A stretch of 64,000 bases of DNA, from contig OZ316891.1 in assembly GCA_973895155.1 (NCBI GenBank), positions 11,964,771 to 12,028,770 on the forward strand, given 5' to 3'. Each line of letters begins with the position of its first letter. Within the stretch, counting starts at the first letter, position 1. Source of the DNA: Marsupella aquatica. Lineage: Eukaryota > Plantae > Marchantiophyta. The translations under genes were made by a program, and so were the position numbers. A model generated the notes under the pieces. The model was not told where the DNA came from and made no database searches. It was given only the letters and a program-made list of their open reading frames with translations. This document shows positions 26,736 through 37,392 of this stretch, piece by piece.

Positions 26736-26945
26736 CTAGCCCGAGCCGACGATGATATTGTTGATGGGGATGAAGATTAGCTTCACGAAGAAACCGACGA
26801 ATCCCATCACCAGAAACCCTAGTGCGGTTCTACTGGCAACCTTGACGTACTCCTTTCGATCTGGCTTGTGACATTTGTTGACCAGCCTGATGCTATCCTT
26901 CGCGAAGCCCTTCACGGGACTCACCAGTGCTTCGACTGAATCCAT
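26736..26945 (-). CDS. SEC61G: Protein transport protein Sec61 subunit gamma (single coding exon)
   Basis: 69 aa: [20 protein letters not shown]...[25 protein letters not shown], the conserved Sec61 gamma signature. Confidence 0.97.
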   Translation of the reverse strand: MDSVEALVSPVKGFAKDSIRLVNKCHKPDRKEYVKVASRTALGFLVMGFVGFFVKLIFIPINNIIVGSG

Positions 26946-27189
26946 CGCGGCTGACGATGTCTCTCTCCCACAGCGATTACTCCGACTTCACAGCGATCGC
27001 CTCTTGCCCTAAGCTTCAATCAATCGCCGATTGGAGAAGACAACTCAAAAACCCTTTGCTTCCTTTTGCACCGACGCAGATCTACCCTCGCTCACGAAAA
27101 CCGGCAGAAGGCTGTCCTCGATGTCCTCTCTCCAGGAGCTCGCTCAAATGACTTCAAGGCTGATCGCTATGTCTTCACTGATAAGTGAT

Positions 27190-27320
27190 TGCGAGCAAAA
27201 TAATGTTTGGAAGACCATGAACTGAGCTCGTCAAAAGCCGGCGAACAAAATAATGTTTGGGAGACCATGAACAGCTCCTGAAAAGCCTGCGAACAAAATA
27301 ATGTTTGGGAGACCATGAAA
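27190..27320. repeat. Three ~50-bp repeats upstream of SEC61G
   Basis: GCGA(A/G)CAAAATAATGTTTGG(G/A)AGACCATGAA x3. Confidence 0.8.
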
Positions 27321-27524
27321 CAGCACTTTAAAAGCCGTCCAGCTGAAGTCATCAATTGACCAACGACGAGGAAACGTTCTTCAGCTCGGCACAGACTAGG
27401 AACACTTTTGCCGTCCTGGACTCCTGGAGGGTCCTTCGACCTGCGACGAATAACGCGTCGAGGTGGGGTGATTGGGGATGGGAAACGCTACCGGTACTAA
27501 CCCATCTCCTCAAGTGGCTCATGT

Positions 27525-27701
27525 CTAGGATAGTGCAGGTATGAGCAGATGAGCTTTTAGGAGCATGTAGTCAGGATGTAGCCGAGGGCTTATGTATATT
27601 GCAATGTAGCCAGGATGTAGCAGAGGGATTATGTATAGCATAGTGCAGGTATGTTCTTTTAGGGACATGTAGCCAGGATGTATCCGAGGGCTTATGAATA
27701 G
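27525..27701. repeat. ~62-bp tandem repeat, left part; resumes at 31063-31150 and 31380-31470
   Basis: Units of TATAGCATAGTGCAGGTATGGGCTTTTAGGAGCATGTAGCCAGGATGTAGCC.AGGGCTTATG on both sides of the recombinase element. Confidence 0.8.
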
Positions 27702-28174
27702 GATAATGTCCTGTTAGAGGGCATTGTGAGATATAATGCCCTGAAAAATGAGGGCAGTAGCCCAAGTTTTGAGGGCATTATTCTCATAATGCCCATAAGT
27801 AGTACATTATTATACGTAAAACTTTGAGTGACTTTTCGTTAACAAACAAGAAAAAGTGAATTTTGAAATAGAAAATTCAAATTAAAAGGTCATCCAAGAA
27901 GTGGTTGCTATGAAATTGACCAAAAATAGACTTGTTTTTAGCTATATTAGATTCTATTCATAGATATTTTGTTAGTATCACCATATATTTGGTTATCATC
28001 TTGAGATCTTGACTAATTTTAATTATTTTCAATTAAAAAATTGTAATTACTTTCAAAATTGTAATTACTTTCCATAGAACGGTTGTCTTTATGCTATGGT
28101 GTCCCCATAAGAATGGAAGGGATATTGATAGTACTTTATATGCACAATTTTTACAACCATTGTTGATTCACTTG

Positions 28175-28392
28175 TACCTAAATAGTAGGAGTAGCATGGG
28201 TGCTACTGGAATTTATTGGGGAGTCCTACCTAAATAGTAGGAGCGGTAAGCATGGGTGCTACTGGAATTTATTGGGGAGTTGTACCCAAATAGTAGGAGT
28301 GGTAAGCATGGGTGCTACTGGAATTTACCGGGGAGTTGAACCTAAATAGTAGTAGTGGTAAGCATGGGTGCTACGAAATTTATTGGGGAGTT
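28175..28392. repeat. ~55-bp tandem repeat x4 upstream of the recombinase ORF
   Basis: ACCTAAATAGTAGGAGTGGTAAGCATGGGTGCTACTGGAATTTATTGGGGAGT units. Confidence 0.9.
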
Positions 28393-28542
28393 GTGCCTTC
28401 TAGTTGTGAAGGCTCTTCTTTCGCTTTATAACTTGGCAAGTTCTCTTTCATGAGATAGCTTCGAAATTTGTTGGCTCCTGGAATTTGATGTCTAAGATTT
28501 GTGATTTCTTATTGTAAGATTCTTATCTTTCATTGATTTTAC

Positions 28543-30750
28543 ATGGAGATGGAAACTCCTCTGAAGGAACTCAATGTTAAAAGTGAGTTTGAAGGTATTC
28601 GTGAGGAGTCATATTCGGGGAAGAAACAATGTCAGGAAGCTTCTAGATTTGGTGAGATTGATGCGGCGGAAGCTCTGAACATCATGATAGGTGGTAGGAG
28701 AGCTATGAAAAGACGGTGAGAAGTGGTCGCAAAATCTTTTTGATGAGTGGAGACAGTGGAGAGAAATAGATACTGAGAAATCCATTGGTGATCTTTTCGA
28801 GAAGGATGATCCGAGGGAGCTTGTGGAATTGTTGACTGAATTCACTTTGCAAGTGAGGAAGAAAAATGGTAGCTTGTATCCACCGACTTTGATTCAGTCC
28901 ATTTTGAGGGGTATCAATAGGACAATCGAGCACGACAGACAAAGAGATCTATTGAATCTGGTCTATCATTTATTGTTGTGGACATTTTCCGAGATCCTGT
29001 GTATCAGAAAGTAAAGCTTGCTGGTGATGAAGCAATTAGAAGATCTCTACGAGCTTGACTTGGAAAAGTCACAAAGAGAAGTGACCACCTCTCAGGTGTG
29101 GAGGAAGCTTTGATGTTGGCCCTCCCTCAAAATCAGTTGGATTGTCCTTCTGGTTTAAATTATCTATTTGCTTGGTTTTGTACAAAAGCTTTTATGATTC
29201 GTGGTGCTAGTGAGTTGAGGAATGTTATGTTTGAGGATTTTGAATTGAAATCAATATCTTTTCAAAGAGATGTTCTTGTTTACAATTAGGGCACGTCAAA
29301 AAATTGGAAAGTTGATGTTTCCAAATGTGGCCCTGATAGATTACGTGCACCTGTGGAAGTTGAAGTTCTTGATATTGTGAATACTTTCAAGACACTGCTA
29401 TTGAAACGTCCAATTTACAGTGATACAGAGCCTGGTCCTCATCCATTGTTTTTGAAGCCTCTTATAAATTTTAAGGTAGAAGAGAGTGTATGGTTCACGA
29501 AGCAGCCTGTTGGAAGAAATACTCTGACTTCTTATACAAAGTTGACGACTGCAAATGTTCCGGAGTTAGAAGGGAAGAGGATTACCAATAAAAACTGGTC
29601 GTAATATTGCTATTACACGACTTGAGGAAGCAGTTACACCTCCAGAATTTGGAATGGAAATTTCAGGTCACAAATGCACTTCGAGTTACAAAAAGTATGT
29701 ATTTTTTATATATGTTGTTCTTGTTAAGAGATATATTTGGAAAGAAATTAAACAAGAGTAGGTTATGTCCGAAACTTTAGATATTGTACACGCGATTCAA
29801 TTTGTTTTTGTACTTGTATTTGAGAGTGCACTTCATTCTTAAGTATACAATATTTCTAATTTGTTTTGGCGGTTGCATGTCATAGTGTAATTTATTCCTT
29901 TTGACTCAATCTCACAACTATTTTCAACTAGATTATGTCCTTGCATGTCAGAGTTTACTTAATTGTTTTCAATAATCTCATGGTACTTTCAATTTTCTTT
30001 TGTACATGTCAGAATATATTTAATTCCTTTCGACAATTTCACTTTCTTGACTTGTTTGAAATATAATCAAATTATTGTCTCTGTGATTCTCTTATGGCAC
30101 TCCTTGTCGGTGTGTTCGCATCAGATTTACCCTCATTAATGTGAATGCACAGTACACAACAACACACTATTTAGATATGATTTGTACTTTGTGTTGGTAT
30201 TGCTAGTCATGATTGCCTTTCGACTTTTGTGCTACTTCCTTCGTCGCTGCCTTCTCTCCTTTCAGTTTTATGTTTTTTTAGTAGGTTGCGGTTGTGGTCG
30301 GGAGCACATAGGAGGGAGTCGTGGAATTGATTCAACATTTGTGAATATCTATTTTCAGGTACAGTCATTCGGATAAGGACATTCGAGCACGAGCAATACA
30401 ACGAATCATTTCTGGGGAGAAGACATCATTCTCAGATGCTTTTAATGAGGAGTTCAAATTACATCATAGTGAAGAGATTTGATGGTAATTTGGTACATGA
30501 TGGGGAGAAGAGACATGACGATACCACTATCACTACGAATGTGAAATGGTTTCATCTATTGGATTGTGTCATACAGAGGATGAGTTTTAGGCGAATGACC
30601 AAGTACTTGAAGCTGTAGAGAGTGAAATGAAGAAGTATGTGCAGAAAACTGAATGCAAGTCAGTTAATGGACATGTGTTTAAAGACATCACAAATTGTCC
30701 GATTACAATTGTGAATGTTTTTGATTCATCTAGTATCGGGAAGCTTTTAT
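28543..30750 (+). pseudogene. Tyrosine recombinase (DUF3504/Crypton-type), frameshifted, predicted intron 29695-30358
   Basis: KWSQNLFDEWR; LTEFTLQVRKKNGSLYPP..IQSILRGINR; MIRGASELR; PLFLKP; WFTKQPVGRNTL; RITNKTGR; MEISGHKCTSSYKK|YSHS. Several frameshifts and stops. Confidence 0.8.
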
Positions 30751-31784
30751 AGCAAATGTTAGGCCAATCTTTTTTGCCGTCATTGAGTAGTTCATAAAAG
30801 AATAGAATAACATGATTTGATAGAAGGATTATTTATTTTTAGTGATATGCTCTGACTAGGTACTTTCTTTTAGTTATATTAGGTTCTATTCATAAATATT
30901 TTGTTAGTATCACCAAATAAGATTTGATTGTCATCTTGAGATCTTGAATAAAAATTTTACTTTTACTATATGTATGGTGTTTTGTATAATCCCCTCCTCA
31001 AAAAAGGGGTGCATTATGGAGAATTAATGCACTCAAATATACAAAGAGAAAAGTCAAGAAAGGCTTTACGTATAGCATAGTGCAGGTATGGGCTTTTAGG
31101 AGCATGTAGCCAGGATGTAGCCAAGGGCTTATGTATAGCATAGGGCAGGTCCCGGAGCTCAGAAAAACTTCTTGGCTGCGATCAGCATTTCCTCTCACTT
31201 TCTGGTTAGAGGGTTACAGACCAGTAACCCCAGACCAGGCAATCATTATCATAAGTAATACATGTCTGGCAAAAGATTACTAGGTAAGATTTTCTGGGCA
31301 CAAGGCTATGGAAACGGTGGCACCTAGTAGAAAAGGTTATACACCCGTCACCTTTCTTCCTGACAAGAATTACTTCTAGTATGGTGCAGGTATGGGCTTT
31401 TAGGAGGATGTAGCCCAGGGCTCATGTATAGCAGAGCGCAGGTATGGGCTTTTTAGGAGCATGACTGTAGCCCTGTGACCAGAAGGGAAGAAAATTTGAC
31501 CAGAACGGAACCCTTGTCCAAACACGCATTATAGTAACTTGTGCTCGAAGAAGGGTTATTTATGGCAACAGATTATGGGAATAACGATGACCTCCAAATG
31601 GGACCTGGCCTCCAAATGTTTACATGCAGATAACTTGCCTTCCTGATAGAATTTACATAACCCATCCCCAAGAGATATTGTAATCCAAGAGGGCACTAAC
31701 CCGAGTGAGTTAGAGCCTACTATCCTCAAGTTGGGACGAGTTGTTGAGCAAGTAAATCCCTCATGCATTTCTTTTTTTTGTATT

Positions 31785-32780
31785 TCTATACATGGTTATG
31801 AAGTATTACTCCAATGAGGCCTGGCCTAGGGAATCTAAAATTGGAATGAGAAATACATTAAGGTGCAAGTGGGCAGACAATGACTTTTGCATTGTAAAAA
31901 TGAAATGATTGTTCCAAAAATGCACTCAGGCTTTACATTTGGTAATTCATTCCTGCTTTGGGATAATGGGTTGTAACCCCTCGGGCTCACTGCCCTTTGG
32001 GATTACATCTTATTAGAGCATCTCCAACCGAACTGGGTTTTGCTACTACAAGTGGGTGTTGACCAAACCCAGTGAAGCAAATCTAAAAAATAAGGTCCAA
32101 CCACTCATTGTAACACTATCTGGATTTCAAGAACATGTCTTTTGGTTATTGGATCTATATATGGGAGAGATTCTACACTAGTTGACTCCTTACTAGGTTT
32201 GTTACTGGGTTTTCAAATCCCAATCTATAGCTGTCAGATCTTGATACCTATTGTTTAGGACACATTGCCCCATGTTGCTTTTCAGTTAGCCTTTAAAGAC
32301 ATGTCGTGCAAATACACATCATAGTACAACATACATCGCTGACCAACCTAAACCCCCTCCAACCCTATGCATGGGGCCAATCCCTATCTAGGCACTACGG
32401 GCCTACAAAAAGTATGGCCTCCACTAGCACACTACATACTACAACGATACACATACATATGGTCATGACAGACACTTACAATGAACTAAATATAGGACGT
32501 TGTTAGATTAGGTATTAAATGTACCCATTAAGGAAAACCTTGTTGGGTTGGAGATGCTCCTTACCCCTCTTGGGAATGGATTAATGCACACAAAACCCAG
32601 GCAACAGTATTTTGAATCATGCACTGTCTTCATTTTTACATTGTAATTTAAGTCTTATCTGTCATTGTCTGCCACTTGCACCTTACCATATTTCACAATC
32701 AAATTGGAGAATCCCCAGCCCAGGCTGGCTTAGGGGCTATGGGGCCTCACCCAAGGGTAATGCCTTATAACCATATATAG
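31785..32780. mobile_element. Old fold-back element with long imperfect TIRs (MULE-like MITE?)
   Basis: TAAGGTGCAAGTGGGCAGACAATGAC...TGTAAAAATGAA (~31860-31905) is mirrored at ~32628-32685. Confidence 0.55.
32016..32559. mobile_element. Tourist/PIF-Harbinger-like MITE
   Basis: Perfect 14-bp TIR GAGCATCTCCAACC / GGTTGGAGATGCTC; TTA on the left, CTTA on the right. Confidence 0.8.
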
Positions 32781-32943
32781 ACATATAAATAATGTGTAGG
32801 GAACTGCGGTTTGGTCTTGGGTCACTAGCCTGTAACCTTGTGATTGGGAAGTGAGACTCGTGGCAGCCGGAACGCTTGTCTGAACTTTGTTGGAGTAGGG
32901 TTTAGGCTAGAACCGCTGGTCGGACCTTTAGTATAGTATATAG

Positions 32944-33289
32944 TGTTAGGATTTAGTCTTAGGTCTAGAGTAACGATAGTACCATAGTTAAGGCTAACCT
33001 TAGTCGTAGACTTGGTTAGGTTAGTCATGTTGTGCACACTCTATAACCAAGCGGTGTTTGCTTGGAGAGTGGGGAACTTAGCCTCATTGTTACGGAGCTA
33101 GTTGAGAGATAGGGAGAGCTTGTGATGTGGATGCTTGGTATGGTGGGTCGCCCTAGAGTGCAGTAAAGCTCATGTGTGTTCCCATGGATGTAATCTCATA
33201 TGGAGGTGAACCACATATCTCTCTGTGTTGACTCTTGTGCATTGGATGGTTCATGGGCTTGCCGTTACGATTGTCATCTATGTTCAACA
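32944..33289 (+). mobile_element. Solo LTR (~346 bp)
   Basis: TGTTAG...TCAACA; flanks TATAG/CATAG (4/5 TSD match); same family as 10903. Confidence 0.85.
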
Positions 33290-33996
33290 CATAGTTAGTG
33301 TTCCAAACAAGGTCACTTCCGGGCAAGAGATTATGGGAGTGGCAGGTACCTCTGATAATGGTTACACACCTATAACTTGTATTTCATACAAAACTTAAAT
33401 GCTGCAATCTGCAAGGGCAGACCCTCTGAGGGGGTCATTACACGCCATGGTCCCCTAAAATGGATTGGGTTATTACCCAGCACTACCAGGATTACCCCTT
33501 CCTCGAAGGTGAATTGAGACTAGACAAATGAAGACCTTGCAAAAAATACTCCGGCCCTTGGTATGCTTTCTAATCTTTGCCATCATCCTTGTTTCCGATA
33601 TGCCCTTTCAGTGTCCCCTTTAGAGTCTAGATCTTTAGGCTTCAATTTAGAGTAGTTTTTTTATTGCAATTAAATATTTATAGACAGATATATAGATAAC
33701 CTGAATATTCCATGTCACCGGTAGACAACATATCAGTATTTTGTCTACCAGTCAGGTAGACAGGTAAGATTATAGGGATGTCCAAATGCCAACTTTAAAG
33801 GTACAAGCCTGCCCTCAATGAGTAGTGGCTAGGGAGATAGAGTAACACAAAAATGCAAGCTATACAAATATAGTCTACACTCCACTAGTGGCTATGGAGA
33901 GGGAAAGAAGCATGACCAACCAAGGAAATTTGTTGCCTTTTGAATCTTTCCTTTTTTGGAGAGGTTTTCTCTTTTTCTATTTTAAAATATCTTTAG

Positions 33997-34348
33997 TGTT
34001 AGGCATTTACTCTTAGTTTAAGGTTACAATTGTATTTGTAGTTAGGGCTAACCATAGTTGCAGACTAGGTTAGGTTAACTAGGCTACACACTATATCCCA
34101 AGGAGTGTTTGCTTGGATAGGAGGAACTCAAGTTCATTGTTACAAAGCCAGTTCAAAGATAGGGAGATCTTGTATTGCAGAGACTCAGTATGGTTGACGG
34201 GCCTAGAGTGCACTATAGCTCTCGTGTGTTCCTATGGATGTAGCCTCAAGCTAAGGTGAACCACATAATTATCTCCCTGTGTCGACTACATACTTGTACG
34301 TCAAATGGTTCATGGACTTGTTGTTGTGAATGTCATTTTTGTTCAACA
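33997..34348 (+). mobile_element. Solo LTR (~352 bp)
   Basis: TGTTAG...TCAACA with exact TSD TTTAG on both sides. Confidence 0.9.
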
Positions 34349-35443
34349 TTTAGGTGGGGAGACAATTGTTTGGGGTCTGTAGTTATTTAATTTTTTAGGA
34401 TATCCTATTTGTTTTTTGGTTGGTTGTTAAGACGAAGCTCTTTTTTCCTTAGGGGAAAGAGAGGGGCTACTTTTTGCAAGGTGCGAGTATTTTGGCCTTT
34501 TTTCTTGCATGCATGAGGCGGAATGTCATGTTGGCCCCATTGACTCTCTTCATCTCTCATCATAGTGAGATCCATCTTGAATTGCTACTACATAAAATCT
34601 CTTTTTTCCACAACATCTTTTGCACAACTACATGATTTCTGCAAAGACATCATTTATGAAACTGACATCCTTTCTACAAATACTTATGTGCAATGCACCA
34701 GTATTGAGCTTTGCTTAAACCACACCTGCCACTATAAAAGCCTCATTCCATGTCTCACTACTCACCATAAAAGGTGGAACACTAGCACCTTTTGTGGAAT
34801 ATTTGCCAAAAAAAGATTTTGCAGTCAGCACCTTTTGTGGAATTCAAAGTCCATTCTTGAACAATTGCTGTTTACAATGAGAGCTACGGGTTACCCGTAG
34901 CCCTTTATAGGGGCAGGTGTGGTTTGGTTATTGACAATATTGAGCCTTACTTTAACATTGTTGTCTCACCCCCGCATCTTTGTTTCACCTTGACATCTAA
35001 ACTTTTTTTGATATTTTTTGTCTCACCTTGACATCTTTGTCTTGTTTTCACATCTTAATTTTATCGAGACATTGAAAGTTGTCTCTGGATGTCTTTGCCT
35101 TGTCTCTGGATGTCTTTGCCTCACCTCAACATGTGTGCGTTTGTCTCAACATTGGATTAGAAATTAAATATTTAAAGACATACAAACTTACAAAGATGAT
35201 TATCATTTCCCTGCCACGTTTCACATTTATGTAATCTGTACCACCTTGAGGAGAGAGTCTTTGGCTCCAGCCAGTTTGTAAAATTCTCTTCTCTTGGCAA
35301 ACTGTGAAGATCCATCCCGGCCTCAATTTCGAGCATTTTTGTCCACAAAGATTGAAAATTGCAATGTGAAAATTCAGGAAGGGCATTATAGTTTAGCACC
35401 AAGCATTTACTCGCTCGAGTCAGCTGAGCTTCTCGGCTGTGCT

Positions 35444-35460
35444 TTTAGGGTTTAGGGTTT
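35444..35460 (+). promoter_or_regulatory. Telo-box pair (TTTAGGGTTTAGGGTTT) upstream of RPAC2
   Basis: AAACCCTA telo-boxes are established features of plant ribosome-biogenesis and translation gene leaders. Confidence 0.55.
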
Positions 35461-36010
35461 TTGTTGCGACTCTTATCATTTCGTTGCTGCCGATGTTCTT
35501 GTTGGAGATGGCTGCGAGCTCTGCTCGGGACCCGTTGCTGAATTCCCGGCAGACGGCTACTACAAGGTGCGGATCTCGATTGGAGGCCATAGTCGGGGTC
35601 CTTCAAGAGCTTCGAGCCATTCTCCTTCCCTTTCCATTTCAGTTGGGTTTGCGGGTGTTCGTATCTACTGTGGGAGAAGTGGGCATACTCGAAAAGCTTT
35701 TCTTTGGTCTGCGTGACGACAATGCTTCATATGGAACGTATGTTGTTGTCAAATGGTGGAGCCTGTGTTGGGCCGTGTGTACTGTAACATAGAAATTGGA
35801 AGCTTCAGAGGTATAAATCAGGTCCTGTGGTTTTCTCTCGAGATTGTGGTGGAGTTGTTCACCTTGAATCCTTCCTCTAGAGCCCTCAGTGGCCCGGGAA
35901 TGAGAATGATTGGAGTCAACCAGTGGCTGTTTCTGAGACTGATTAGTGCTTTTTCCGTGTTTTATTCCTGCAGTATGCTTTCCTCCTATTAAGGTCGTGG
36001 AGGGTTAGTG

Positions 36011-37392
36011 ATGGCGACGACCAAGGAATTCGGATCGGATGCGGATGATGCGCGGTCTTCTACGTTCTCTCTGACAGAAGAAGATCACACCCTTGCCAAC
36101 TCTCTCCGTTTTGTTCTTAACAAAGAGTGAGTACATGCTCGTAAACTCTCTTCAAAGCCTGCGTGGTTGCCGCCTCTGCCTTGACACTCATAGCTAGAGC
36201 CGGGTGGGTAGCATCTTCATTGCTGTAGTTGACGGCACCATGACATGAAGAAAAACCATCCGAGTGAGTCGGTTGACGATGACCATAATACTCAATGTCT
36301 TCAAAGTTTTCTGATCATATGTGGCCAACCCAGTTTAGGGTGCAGGGTATTGGATTCGTCAAACTAATCAACGTTCTGGAAGAACTGAATGACACATTCA
36401 GTGCTCAGCTCGAATGACATCGTAGATTCCTTCCTCCCGTAGCCCAACGCCTTCAGAAACAGGTCTTCTTGTCCTTCTGACTTATGATTTCAATCTACTT
36501 ATGACGCTTATAGACGGTCGAGCACCGACTGATTCTTAACTGACGGTGCTCAACAATATCTGTAAGCAAAAGCAGCAAGGTCCTGGGACTTCTACGGTCC
36601 GATCCCTGACGACTAAGAAGTACAGGACCTGACAGTCGTCTCGCTAACCTGTCTTATTCTCGGTCTGACCACCCCTGGGTCCAGTGTTGCCCTTCTATTC
36701 GAATTGCCATTTCGTCTCGTCTGTACTCTTCTTTTGAGCGTGTTTTGCTCTCAATTCTGCTCGTTCCCTTCTTACGTCCTGGAGTTTCGTGGAAAGTAGT
36801 GCCAGATATGTAGTTGTTGCCTTGACAGACACATGTAATTTGTGAAGTCCTGGAGGTGCTCTTTGAAAGTTTGTCTGACGCTCCTTTCTTTTTCCGTAGC
36901 CCTCGGGTGTCCTTCTGTGGCTACAGCGTTCCACATCCCTCAGAGAATCGTGTGAACATTCGCGTGCAAACAACAGGTTGGTTGTTCATCCTTTTTCTAG
37001 ATGTGATTTTTCATCGTTGATATTTGTCCGAGCTTTGTGCCTTGCAAGTGTCAATGGACTAACTGTGTCGAAGTGTGGACTAACTGTGTCGAAGTGTGGA
37101 CTAACTGTGTCGAAGTGTGGACTAACTGTGTCGAAGTCGCCTGGTACTGGTATTGTAGGTCGCAGCCATTGCGCTAACATTCTCCCGTTGTTCTGCGGCA
37201 GGTCTGGCAGCTAGGGATGTGCTCAAGGACGCCCTGCAGGATCTCATGTGTATTAGTGATCACGTGCGGGTCACCTTTGAGAAAGCTGTTGAAGAACATA
37301 AGGCTACTCAGGGTATGAGAGAGATGAGTGTGGGAACGAGTGCGAAGTCCGGTATCACTCATCAAACGGCCTCCACTACGAAAAGCCAGTAA
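36011..37392 (+). CDS. RPAC2: RNA polymerase I/III subunit AC19 (RPAC2); exons 36011-36126, 36900-36976, 37202-37392
   Basis: STFSLTEEDHTLANSLRFVLNKD|PRVSFCGYSVPHPSENRVNIRVQTT|GLAARDVLKDALQDLM; GT-AG junctions in frame. The C-terminal end is less certain. Confidence 0.93.
37055..37138. repeat. 21-bp tandem repeat x4 in RPAC2 intron 2
   Basis: TGGACTAACTGTGTCGAAGTG units. Confidence 0.95.

Larger units (their letters stand above)
27702..31070 (+). mobile_element. Crypton-like tyrosine-recombinase DNA transposon (~3.4 kb, decayed)
   Basis: Single recombinase gene, no RT, no long TIRs; subterminal palindromic inverted repeats; interrupts a 62-bp tandem array. Ends approximate. Confidence 0.72.

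Noticed and set aside
28175-28392. Regular repeats resembling a CRISPR array (also 27190-27320 and 37055-37138)
   Set aside because: Head-to-tail units without unique spacers, no cas genes, eukaryotic context.
36127-36899. Possible box C/D snoRNAs in RPAC2 intron 1 (several CTGA and TGA-rich motifs)
   Set aside because: No canonical C box with terminal stem and no convincing rRNA antisense element seen by eye; needs an Infernal or snoscan run.
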